DNA from: a virus
Reading direction: 5' to 3' (one strand)
Virus record (IMG/VR): IMGVR_UViG_3300028734_000012
Span: 112,333-176,332 of that record
DNA: 64,000 nucleotides
The notes beneath the pieces were generated by a model that saw nothing but the letters and a program-made list of their open reading frames with translations, made no database searches and was not told the DNA's origin. Positions 1-9,642 of the stretch are shown here, in pieces (the stretch's first letter is position 1; each line of letters opens with the position of its first letter). The translations under genes and the position numbers were made by a program.

Positions 1-260
1 ACGATGGTTCTGGTCATAATCTTGGGGTTAGACTAGGTACATTTACAATAGATGAATTTAATAAAAATGAATTAAATAGAGAAAAATTTCTATATGATTT
101 AGGAATAAAAGAATTTAGAATAATATCTGGAACTGATAAACTACCATCTGATGCTGAACTAATAAGTATTAAGAACAAGGCATTCGAAATATTAATTAAT
201 CAAGATTTTTATAAATATACATATAATATAGATACTAAAATGGAATCTTTTGAGAAGTAA
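1..260 (+). CDS. Partial (3' end) Vsr/DUF559-like PD-(D/E)XK endonuclease, probably intron-encoded homing endonuclease
   Basis: Not in ORF track. Frame from nt 3 reads DGSGHNLGVRLGTFTIDEFNKNELNREKFLYDLGIKEFRIISG...FEK* (TAA 258-260). The (EY)DGxxH...R..FL...G...RI pattern is typical of this family. Confidence 0.65.
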   Translation, partial: DGSGHNLGVRLGTFTIDEFNKNELNREKFLYDLGIKEFRIISGTDKLPSDAELISIKNKAFEILINQDFYKYTYNIDTKMESFEK

Positions 261-285
261 CGATTCTTAAAAGTAATATTACAGG
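1..285 (+). mobile_element. 3' part of a probable group I intron interrupting the tape measure gene
   Basis: Hairpin TGAGAA-GTAACGA-TTCTTA (251-269) follows the endonuclease ORF. Terminal G285 directly precedes in-frame AGA CAG GGC (RQG). The TMP frame is closed by TAA 274-276 and has no start or RBS. Confidence 0.6.
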
Positions 286-3200
286 AGACAGGGCAAAACA
301 GTAGAAGATACAACGACTTTATTAAAGGCTTCTACAACCTTATCTAAAGTTGGTATGATGGATTCTGCCCAATCTACAGAATTAATGACAGCCGCTTTAA
401 ATGGTTTTAAACTTAGTGCAAGTGATGCTATGGGTGTCGTTGATAAGTTCTCTGCATTGGATTTAAAATATGCTACATCAGCAGAAGAAATTGCAACAGC
501 GTTACAATACGTTGCATCTAGTGCTGGATTAGCAGGAGTTGGCATTGACAAAATGAGTGCCTTGATTACCGTAGCTTCTTCTGTTACAAGATTATCAGCA
601 GAAACTATTGGTAATGCTTGGAAGAGTGTTACTGCTAGAATGCAAAATATCAAAATTGGCAAGTTTGTTGATGATGATACTAGCGAAGCATTAAATGACG
701 TTGAAAAAGTTCTTAATAAATTAGGAATTAAACTAAGAGATACTAACGATTCATGGCGCAATATGGAAGATGTACTTGATGATGTTGGCAAAAAATGGAA
801 TACATATACAGATATAGAAAAATCTGCATTAGCAACTTCTATAGCTGGTACTCGTCAACGTAACGTTTTTATTGCCACAATGGAAAACTATGATAAGGTA
901 TTAGAAGCAACAAGTGTTTCAGCTACATCAGCAGGAACAGCCCAAGAAAAATATGCCGCAATTTCGGATTCAGTTGATGGTAAACTTAACAACCTTATTG
1001 CAACATGGGATAAGCTAGTTAATAATCTTAACCAAAGTGGTAATTTTAAAGGAATACTTGATTTAGGTACTTCATTAGTTGGTATGTTAGACTATGGAAT
1101 AAATAAATTAAATTTATTATCTGCCGCACTTGTATTAGTTGGTGGTAAATTATTAGGTTTAGGTATCGAAGGTTTAATGACTAAGTTTTCAACTATGTCA
1201 ACAGCTACAGATGGGTATGTCATTACTTTAGGTAAATTAGCACAAGCAACAATGTTAGGCAACGTAGAAACACAAAAGACACAAATTCTATACGATGGTC
1301 AAGTATTAAATTTAGGTAAATTAAATCAAGCGCAGTTAATTTCAGTTATTAGTAGTAATAAAGAATTAGCTGGTTTAAAATTATTAGATGCAGAAAAAAT
1401 AGAAGCGGTTCTTGTCACGCAAGGGGTAAGTGCCGTAATAGCAAAAGATACCGCAATAAAGCTTACTGATGTAACTGCCACTGGTGCGGCTACTGTAGCA
1501 ACTGGTGGATTTACTGTAGTTATGAAGGGTTTAACTGCGGCAATAGCGGCTAATCCAATTGGTTTTTGGTTAACATTAATTACTACATTATTATCAGTTG
1601 CTATTCCCTTAATTCAACACTTTGCAGGAGCAGAACAAGATTTAGCTAATAAGTCAAAAGAATTATTAGATACATTTGCTACACAAAAAGCAACATTAGA
1701 TAGTAACGCTAAAAGTATTAGTGATGTAAGCACCGAATATGCCAAATTAAGACAAGGTGTAGATGCTTTAAATAATAATGTAAGTTTATCATCTACCGAA
1801 TATACTAGATTTTTAGAATTAAATAAACAAATTGCAGGAGTTTCACCAGAACTAGTTAAGGGGTATGATTCACAAGGTAATGCTCTATTAGACTTAAACG
1901 GTGGTGTAAATGCAGTTGTTACATCATTAACAGAAATGATTGCAAAACAAAAGGAATCATATAATCAAAGTATAGTTAAAGATGCCGATAATATATGGAA
2001 TGGGATTAAAGGTAAAGTAGACGAATATAATACTTCTTTAACTAATTTAGATGAAATACAAAAGACTATAAATACTAATACTGGTTTATCACAAGACAAA
2101 ATGCTAACTTTATCTGAACAATTAGATAAACTTGGTATATCATATACAAAAGTTTATAAAGAAGCAAAAAATGCTAATGAATATGGTACGTGGAGTTTTG
2201 ATTTTGGTGGTATAGATACTAAAGATGTAACAAAAAAAATATCAGATTCAAAAAATGATATAAAAAAATCTTTAGAAACTGAACTAGCTAAAATACAACC
2301 AGTGATACAAGCAAAAGTTGAACTTGATGATAATTATAAAAAAATGGGAAGTCAATTACAATCAGTTGTTACCAAAGCTGTTTCTGGTTTAAACTTTAGT
2401 AAAATTGGAAGTAACACAACAGAAATTAGTGACTATATCTCAAAGAATATAATCAAACCAATCTCCGACAATTCCCCAAAAATACAAGAAGCTTGGAATA
2501 AGGCATTAAAATTACAAACTGATTTTAGTAAAGGCACAATAGATAAAACTAAATTTACAGCAGAAGTAAATGATTTATTTAAAGAAGCATTTTCTGGTGT
2601 GGATACAAAAACTTTAGATGTATTAAAAAATTCATTAACAAATGCAGGAGTTGAAGGTAACGGATTAATTCAAATGTTCACTAATCTACTTACACCTACA
2701 AAAGATGAAACTGATGCAATTGCCGCACAAGCTGATGCTTTAGATTCTTTGAGCACTACAATTACCACTATAGTTGATAAATATAATTCTCTTGGTGATG
2801 TTATAGAAAATATTAATACACATCATGCCGTATCATCTGATGATATGAAAGCAATTATAAAAAACTATAGCGATTTAACTCCTGCTCTATTAGAGTATTC
2901 AGCAGGAATTAGAAGCGCCGCTAATATAGAAGATTTATTAAAAGCTAAACAAAAAGAACAAGCTGATGCATATAAGAAAAATATACAAGACCAAATAAGC
3001 AATAGCACTGATTTTTACACTCAAAAAATGGCAAAAGAAAATACATTGGCAACTCAATTAGAAGCTAACTATCAAATAGATTATGCAAAATATACAACAT
3101 TCCAACAACTTAAAAATGCTGTTGATGTAGCTGTACTTAATAAGCAAATAGGATTAGTAACTCTTTCTGGAAAAATTTTAGCTGATGAATATTTAGCTGA

Positions 3201-5907
3201 TGCAACTAATTATGGTAGTTTCGAGAATGGTAAAACTAAAATTTCTGATGCAGTTAGGTTAAATATTGAAGGTCTTAATGAAGACAAAATTAGAGCATTA
3301 GCTAAACAATACGGAATTGATGTTGGAAAATATGGCGATGGAGAAGCGGCAAAAGCAAAAATTACCGCAGAAGTCACTGGAAAAATAGTCCAAATGTATG
3401 CCGCAACTAACGATGGGTTTAAGAGTACATTACAAACTCAATTAGAATTGGCTAAAGCAAGCGTAGCTTCTATGGAAGGTAACGGACAAGACGGTGGTAG
3501 GGCATACATAAATGCACAAAATAGTATTGTAGCTTTACAAAAAGCTTTAAATGGTGGTACAACAACAGATACAAGTGGAATACAAAAAACAATTGACGGT
3601 ATTCTAGGAAGTATTAATACTAGCATACCAAAAACTACAAAAGAATTAGATGCAGTTGATGCCGCTACTAAGAAAGCCGCTAGTACCGCAAAGTCAGAAG
3701 CAAGTGCCGCCGAGACAGCCGCTAATAAAGCCGCCGCCGCATTAAAAGCAAAGTATGAGTTAGAACGTAAGGTAATAGAAACAGCAAAAGATACTGGAAA
3801 ATATGATGTTAATAAGATAGGATATTATACCGCATTAAATAGCCTACAAGCTAAATGGGCTAAATCTGCTTTAGACACAGAAGACAAATTAACATTACAA
3901 AAAGATACTTATGGTGCGCTTAAAGACTATCAAGACGATATTTTAAAATCTTCTTATGATGAACTTGCAAGAAGAGAAGACCTTAACATAATAGGAAAAG
4001 ATTCAGAAGCTTCACTTCAAAATCTGTTAGAAATTCAAAAGAACTTAAATTCAAGTGGAATGACACTAGCAAATACAGCAGAAAAACAACTTGAACTACA
4101 AAAGAAAATCCTTGCAGTTAAAAAAGCTATTGCTGATTCTGAACAAGATACTCTTGACCATGATGTATCAATGGGAACAGTTCAAGAAAATAGTATTCAG
4201 TACGTACAAAGATTACAAGCTATATATGCAAAATTAAATTCAAGTAATATAGCAGACAAAAAAGATTTATGGGATTTACAAGAAAAAATTTATGATGCTG
4301 AAAAAGCTTATGCTAAAGAACAATTAGATAATGCTTCAAAAGCTATCGATAAGAAAATAGCGGCATACCAAAAACAACAAGATGCGATTGAGAAAACATA
4401 TCAGAAACAAATAGATGCAGATGAAGCAGAAATCAAATCATTAGACAAAAAAGAAACTGTTCTTGAAGATTTATATCAACCACAACTTGATGCTATTGAT
4501 GCCCAAACTAAGGCTTTAGAAAAACAAGAGAAACTAATGGAAAATATGTATCAACCACAAATTGATGCATTACAAAAAGTACTAGATGAAAAAGAAGCTG
4601 AAAATAATTTAACTGATAAATCTATTGCGCTTGAGAAAGCAAAACAAGATTTAGCTAAAGCTGAAAGTCAAAAAGTAAACCGTATATATAAACAGGGTGA
4701 AGGGTTTGTATTTGAAGCAGATAAAACTGCGGTTTCTGATGCTAAGAAGACTTTAGATGATTTAAATTATCAAGCAGAAATCGATGCAATAACTGCTCAA
4801 AAAGATAAATTACAATCTTCACTAGATTCAGAGAAAAAAGCGTTAGAAGACCAAATTACGACACTGAATGATTATAAGACTACATTACAAGATAATTGGG
4901 ATGCTGAAAAGAAAGTCTTAGATGACCAAATTAAAACATTGAATACTCATAAAGATAACTTACAAGATATTGTTGATGCTGAAAAGAAATCTATACAAGA
5001 CCAAATAGATTCTTTAAATGATTATAAAGATGAGTGGGATGAACTCGTAGATTATTACGATGAAAATAGTGATGAGTTTATTAAGAAAATGACTAATAAT
5101 AATGTTAATGAGACAGGGTTATTAAAATCAAGATTAGCAAGTTATATTAGTCAAAATACTGACTTCTTAGATTTATTTACAACAAGTAATGATAATGAAA
5201 ATTCTTTATTAACAGATAGAGAAGATTCTTACACAGAAAGTAATCAAGCATCATTAGTATTATATAATCAAAAGACAGCAGATTATTTAGCTAGTCAGAC
5301 AAAATTCTTAGCACAGTTATCTGATGGTAATTCTAAAGAGAATGCTTTATTAACTACAAGACTTGCTAATTTAGATTCATTTAGGGCTAAATATGCAGTT
5401 TCACAAAATCAAATTGTTGCAACAAATAGTACAATAATTAATTCTAATGATAAGTTAGCAAGCAGTTATAGTAATGCGGCATCTGCGGCATCAAACTATA
5501 TCGATTCACTAGCAAGCGTAGCCGCCGCTAAATCAAAGAGTAGTAGTAGCGCTCCTAATAGTAACTACGTTGCTCACGGGGCTTATGCTGATGGTGGTGT
5601 TGATACTAAGGGTGGATTAAATATGCTACATGGTACTCCAACAAGTCCAGAAACAATATTTAATGCAACTGATAGTAAGAAACTATACGATGTTGTACAT
5701 AACAATAGTAATCTAGCAGAATACTTCACAAGCAAGATGGAAACACATAACTCTAAAATTACATCAAGCAATGATAAGAACGTTAATATTACAATTGGGG
5801 ATGTCAACTTACACGAAGTTGAAAATCCAGATACAGCGGCTAAAGCTATCGTTGAGAAACTTCCAGCTAGTGTATTGCAAGCATTGTTTAGTAGAAGCGG
5901 TTCTTAA
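286..5907 (+). CDS. Tail tape measure protein (downstream exon; N-terminus lies outside the window)
   Basis: Frame is open upstream of ATG 355 (RQGKTVEDTTTLLKASTTLSKVG). TMP-type segment (SAETIGNAWKS...AGTRQRNVF), hydrophobic stretches, long coiled coil, C-terminal YADGG...LHGT...PE motif. Confidence 0.9.
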   Translation, partial: RQGKTVEDTTTLLKASTTLSKVGMMDSAQSTELMTAALNGFKLSASDAMGVVDKFSALDLKYATSAEEIATALQYVASSAGLAGVGIDKMSALITVASSVTRLSAETIGNAWKSVTARMQNIKIGKFVDDDTSEALNDVEKVLNKLGIKLRDTNDSWRNMEDVLDDVGKKWNTYTDIEKSALATSIAGTRQRNVFIATMENYDKVLEATSVSATSAGTAQEKYAAISDSVDGKLNNLIATWDKLVNNLNQSGNFKGILDLGTSLVGMLDYGINKLNLLSAALVLVGGKLLGLGIEGLMTKFSTMSTATDGYVITLGKLAQATMLGNVETQKTQILYDGQVLNLGKLNQAQLISVISSNKELAGLKLLDAEKIEAVLVTQGVSAVIAKDTAIKLTDVTATGAATVATGGFTVVMKGLTAAIAANPIGFWLTLITTLLSVAIPLIQHFAGAEQDLANKSKELLDTFATQKATLDSNAKSISDVSTEYAKLRQGVDALNNNVSLSSTEYTRFLELNKQIAGVSPELVKGYDSQGNALLDLNGGVNAVVTSLTEMIAKQKESYNQSIVKDADNIWNGIKGKVDEYNTSLTNLDEIQKTINTNTGLSQDKMLTLSEQLDKLGISYTKVYKEAKNANEYGTWSFDFGGIDTKDVTKKISDSKNDIKKSLETELAKIQPVIQAKVELDDNYKKMGSQLQSVVTKAVSGLNFSKIGSNTTEISDYISKNIIKPISDNSPKIQEAWNKALKLQTDFSKGTIDKTKFTAEVNDLFKEAFSGVDTKTLDVLKNSLTNAGVEGNGLIQMFTNLLTPTKDETDAIAAQADALDSLSTTITTIVDKYNSLGDVIENINTHHAVSSDDMKAIIKNYSDLTPALLEYSAGIRSAANIEDLLKAKQKEQADAYKKNIQDQISNSTDFYTQKMAKENTLATQLEANYQIDYAKYTTFQQLKNAVDVAVLNKQIGLVTLSGKILADEYLADATNYGSFENGKTKISDAVRLNIEGLNEDKIRALAKQYGIDVGKYGDGEAAKAKITAEVTGKIVQMYAATNDGFKSTLQTQLELAKASVASMEGNGQDGGRAYINAQNSIVALQKALNGGTTTDTSGIQKTIDGILGSINTSIPKTTKELDAVDAATKKAASTAKSEASAAETAANKAAAALKAKYELERKVIETAKDTGKYDVNKIGYYTALNSLQAKWAKSALDTEDKLTLQKDTYGALKDYQDDILKSSYDELARREDLNIIGKDSEASLQNLLEIQKNLNSSGMTLANTAEKQLELQKKILAVKKAIADSEQDTLDHDVSMGTVQENSIQYVQRLQAIYAKLNSSNIADKKDLWDLQEKIYDAEKAYAKEQLDNASKAIDKKIAAYQKQQDAIEKTYQKQIDADEAEIKSLDKKETVLEDLYQPQLDAIDAQTKALEKQEKLMENMYQPQIDALQKVLDEKEAENNLTDKSIALEKAKQDLAKAESQKVNRIYKQGEGFVFEADKTAVSDAKKTLDDLNYQAEIDAITAQKDKLQSSLDSEKKALEDQITTLNDYKTTLQDNWDAEKKVLDDQIKTLNTHKDNLQDIVDAEKKSIQDQIDSLNDYKDEWDELVDYYDENSDEFIKKMTNNNVNETGLLKSRLASYISQNTDFLDLFTTSNDNENSLLTDREDSYTESNQASLVLYNQKTADYLASQTKFLAQLSDGNSKENALLTTRLANLDSFRAKYAVSQNQIVATNSTIINSNDKLASSYSNAASAASNYIDSLASVAAAKSKSSSSAPNSNYVAHGAYADGGVDTKGGLNMLHGTPTSPETIFNATDSKKLYDVVHNNSNLAEYFTSKMETHNSKITSSNDKNVNITIGDVNLHEVENPDTAAKAIVEKLPASVLQALFSRSGS

Positions 5908-5999
5908 TATACGTTAACATTTAGGAATATAGTTGAAAGAGAGTGATTGTCATGTGACATTTTTTAATAAATAATCAAAATTTATAGAGGGAGAAAATA

Positions 6000-7970
6000 A
6001 TGGATATTAATGATAAAATGGTAAGTGTATTGTCGGAAACAATTGTTGATTCAGTTAATAAAGCGGTAGAAAATATCGATTATGATAAAAGTTTTAAAGC
6101 AATTGTTACGGCAGTACTAGGAAATAATCAATATAAAGTTGCATTTAATGGAGCAGAATATAATATTCCTGCTGGAATTAAAAATACAACATTTAAAATA
6201 AATGATTCAGTATGGGTTATGATACCACAAAATAGATGGGCTGATATGTATATATCTTCTAGTGTAATACCTAGCGCTACTGTGTTGCCAACACCTAATA
6301 CTTGGATTGCTACAGCTACTACAATGGGAGATAGCAATTGGGGATACTATTTAACTATACCCAATTTTGTATTTACAGAGGGTTGTCAAGTAACATTTAA
6401 AGCCCCTATTGCTCCAATAGAAGGAATTTGGATATATGTAAGTATACCAAATGTTACTACATTTGGTATCCGTAAATTAAATGGGGAGTACCCAACAAGT
6501 GATAGTTGGGTAGCTAATGCAATGGTTACAGTGACTTTATCATCATCAGTAGTTTTAGATTATGGTAGTGGCTCTGCCCGTGGTGGTACAGCTTTTTTTA
6601 AAGGTGGCGCAGGAAGTATAAAAGATATGTATGACTTCCCATTAAGTATACAGACAGCCACACCTACGCCTGTGAATACTAATCATATATGGATAGCAAA
6701 TGACACTAAGAGGATTTTAGTTATTGATGAAGCCGTCAGAGCAGGATATGATAATTATTATTGCGCTAAAACTAGTAACACAAATAATAAATACTTAAAT
6801 CTTGTAACTACAAAAAAAACTACAGACGGTACAAAAATAACTATGTTCGATAACTATATTAATAGAGATGCTACCCCTTGGACTACTGCAAATAATGTAG
6901 CTTTTACAAATGGAAGTACCATAACTTCTTTATCTCAATTTCCTTTAATATATAGTAAAGTTAATGGTGCTGTTGATATGGAAACAGCTTATAGATGGGA
7001 TGGTTCTGCTTGGCAATATTTAAGTCAAAAAGGTAAATATGTATTTTCTGGATTTACTGGTGCATCACCATATAATCATATGTATAATAGAAGTGGAAAC
7101 GTTTTAATTCAACATTCAGATATTATAGTGCCATATAGTTATCCTATCTATTCAAAATTTTCACCAGATGGAGTATATTTATTTGTTTCGATATACAGTT
7201 CCCCATATTTATATGCATTTAAAAGAATTGGAGATACTTTTACACAAATTACCTTTAATTTACATTTACAAAATTATATATTTGATATACAGTTTAGCCA
7301 TGATGGTAATTACGTAGCACTTTGTACCTATTCTTTAGCTACATGTGATATTTATAAAAAACAACCAGACGGTTCTTGGGTATTTTTAACTTCACTTTCT
7401 GGTCAATATACATATTGTTGTGCGTGGTCACAAGACGATAGTTATCTTTCATTTAGTGGAAGATACAATTATATATATCTGTATAAAAAATCTGGTGATA
7501 CATTTACATATTTAACAATTAATGTTATTGGGACGGCATCATCTTCATATTATAAATACAAAATGGAATATGATAGTACTGGAAATTTTATTGTATGTAC
7601 ATCTAACACCACACCATATATAAATTTATTGTATAAAACTTCTGAAACTACTTTTAATGTAATGGCAACAACTAACTATGGAGTACCATCCCAATATACA
7701 AATGTTAAGTTCCTACCAAATAACTATATAGTATTAGGGGCTGGTGGTTATTTATATATATATTCATATACATATAATACTTTCACATATATTAATACAA
7801 TTGTAGTTGGTACTAATGTTAGTTCTTTAGATGTGAATAATACTGGGACTTATTTAATAGTTGGTGGTACTAATTATATGTATATGTATTCTATAAGTGG
7901 GGCAACACTTACATTAGTTAATACTATAGCTATATCTGGTACTGGGTATGGATGTACCTTATTAAATTAA
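6000..7970 (+). CDS. Tail tip/spike protein: N-terminal OB-like domain, adaptor domain, C-terminal WD40-like beta-propeller
   Basis: Directly follows the TMP. Repeats FSPDGVYLFV / FSHDGNYVAL / WSQDDSYLSF / YDSTGNFIVC. Confidence 0.65.
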   Translation: MDINDKMVSVLSETIVDSVNKAVENIDYDKSFKAIVTAVLGNNQYKVAFNGAEYNIPAGIKNTTFKINDSVWVMIPQNRWADMYISSSVIPSATVLPTPNTWIATATTMGDSNWGYYLTIPNFVFTEGCQVTFKAPIAPIEGIWIYVSIPNVTTFGIRKLNGEYPTSDSWVANAMVTVTLSSSVVLDYGSGSARGGTAFFKGGAGSIKDMYDFPLSIQTATPTPVNTNHIWIANDTKRILVIDEAVRAGYDNYYCAKTSNTNNKYLNLVTTKKTTDGTKITMFDNYINRDATPWTTANNVAFTNGSTITSLSQFPLIYSKVNGAVDMETAYRWDGSAWQYLSQKGKYVFSGFTGASPYNHMYNRSGNVLIQHSDIIVPYSYPIYSKFSPDGVYLFVSIYSSPYLYAFKRIGDTFTQITFNLHLQNYIFDIQFSHDGNYVALCTYSLATCDIYKKQPDGSWVFLTSLSGQYTYCCAWSQDDSYLSFSGRYNYIYLYKKSGDTFTYLTINVIGTASSSYYKYKMEYDSTGNFIVCTSNTTPYINLLYKTSETTFNVMATTNYGVPSQYTNVKFLPNNYIVLGAGGYLYIYSYTYNTFTYINTIVVGTNVSSLDVNNTGTYLIVGGTNYMYMYSISGATLTLVNTIAISGTGYGCTLLN

Positions 7971-7985
7971 TGAAAGGAGATATTA

Positions 7986-8291
7986 ATGTTTTATTATACA
8001 TACGATATTAATGGTTACGTATTATCTAAATCAAATATACAACCAATTGATACTAAATATGGAATACATGCAATAGATTTTGATTTAGATAACTATGATA
8101 TAATTATTGGTTCAATAGACGAAAACTATAATATTACATTTTATACTCAAAATCCAAAACCAACAGCAATACTAATACAAAACTTAACAATTTTAAAATC
8201 TAATTTATTAGATAGCGATAATATTATGCTAGATTTAGATTATAGATTAACATTACAAGAAAATGGATTGAAAGAAAGTGATATTACATGA
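7986..8291 (+). CDS. Small tail-fibre-associated protein (XkdW-like chaperone candidate)
   Basis: AAAGGAG RBS; position after fibre gene; C-terminal LDLDYRLTLQE. Confidence 0.45.
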   Translation: MFYYTYDINGYVLSKSNIQPIDTKYGIHAIDFDLDNYDIIIGSIDENYNITFYTQNPKPTAILIQNLTILKSNLLDSDNIMLDLDYRLTLQENGLKESDIT

Positions 8292-8434
8292 CATATAAAT
8301 TGATTAAAAAGGTTATCGAAAATGGAGTTTACGATAAAGTTGATATCCAAAATAAGTTAGATGTTTTTATGACATTTAATCGTATCACGCAAGAAGAATA
8401 TACTGAATTACAAAATTTAATAAACACGAAATAA
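8288..8434 (+). CDS. 48-aa XkdX-like small tail protein
   Basis: Not in ORF track. ATGA overlap with previous gene. MTYKLIKKVIENG...KLDVFMTFNRITQEEYTEL contains the ITxEEY motif. Confidence 0.7.
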   Translation: MTYKLIKKVIENGVYDKVDIQNKLDVFMTFNRITQEEYTELQNLINTK

Positions 8435-8467
8435 GAGTTTCATTTAATTTAGAAAGGGGGTTTAATT

Positions 8468-9631
8468 ATGGCATCACCATTATTATACCAAATAGTTCCA
8501 TTTGATGCTAAATCAGCATTTGACTTTGTATTTTCATATAGTGCTAGTCAGATTTTTAAGAATAGATTAATCGTAAAAAACAATGTTACAAACGTAACTG
8601 TATATGATGTGACTACTGAAAGTAGACAATTACTATGTGAATTACCAGCAAATACATTAGTAAATGGGACTGCTTATAATGCACAATTATCCGTATTTGA
8701 TTCAAGTAACAATGAAAGTACATTAAGTAATATTATATCATTTACTTGCTACGCTATGCCAGTTCTAATATTTAGTAATTTAGTTGCTAATCAAGTATTG
8801 GATAATTCTTATTATACCTTTACATTAAGTTATACACAAGCACAAGATAGAATACTAAATAATTATAAGATGACTTTATATAACAGTAACAGTTCTGAAA
8901 TATTCAACACTGGTACTATTTATAACACGACTTCTTTATCACAAATAATTAAAAATTTTGATAATAATACAAATTATTTTGTTAAGGGTGACGGAGAAAC
9001 AGTAGATGGTATGACATTTACTACTGGATTAGTTAGGTTTAATGTCCAATATATTACACCAGTAGTATTCTCAATGATAGAACCAGAAAATATGCCATTA
9101 CTAGGAGAAGTTAAGATTACTTCAAATTTGTTATCAATTGATGGTTGGTCTAATCCAGACCCACCTACATATATTGGTAATAACCTTGTGGATTTATCCA
9201 CTCCTAATACTTGGGTTATATTTGATAAAGGGTTTGACTTAACTAATAATTTTTTATTACAAATTAATCTTAGAAGTTTAACTCCTAATCAAATGTTTGC
9301 TGAATTTTCTAATAGTTTATGTTCTTTCCAATTATATTATATGGAATCTACATTTTCTGATTCAGATGGTTTGGTTGGATATATTAATTTAAAAACAAAA
9401 GGGAACGCATTAACATATACTATAAATAGTCAATATATTAAACCAATGAGTATATATGGGTATATTTACAATATTTGGATAAGAAAAGTAAATAATATAT
9501 ATGATTTAAAAGTAGCAAGTTTATCTATTACAATAGATGATATTAATGCTATGCATTCTACAATTAATGATATTATAGAAAAGGATGTTCATATTGCTAC
9601 ATTTGATAGTGATATGCAAAATATTATATAA
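8468..9631 (+). CDS. Baseplate/tail structural protein (beta-rich, FN3/Ig-like repeats)
   Basis: Strong RBS, tail-module context, beta-strand pattern. Confidence 0.5.
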   Translation: MASPLLYQIVPFDAKSAFDFVFSYSASQIFKNRLIVKNNVTNVTVYDVTTESRQLLCELPANTLVNGTAYNAQLSVFDSSNNESTLSNIISFTCYAMPVLIFSNLVANQVLDNSYYTFTLSYTQAQDRILNNYKMTLYNSNSSEIFNTGTIYNTTSLSQIIKNFDNNTNYFVKGDGETVDGMTFTTGLVRFNVQYITPVVFSMIEPENMPLLGEVKITSNLLSIDGWSNPDPPTYIGNNLVDLSTPNTWVIFDKGFDLTNNFLLQINLRSLTPNQMFAEFSNSLCSFQLYYMESTFSDSDGLVGYINLKTKGNALTYTINSQYIKPMSIYGYIYNIWIRKVNNIYDLKVASLSITIDDINAMHSTINDIIEKDVHIATFDSDMQNII

Positions 9632-9642
9632 AGGAGAAATAT

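Noticed and set aside
4300-5050. Repetitive QIDAL/EKK heptads in the TMP as an SMC or separate repeat element
   Set aside because: Ordinary coiled-coil periodicity of a tape measure protein; no ATPase motifs.
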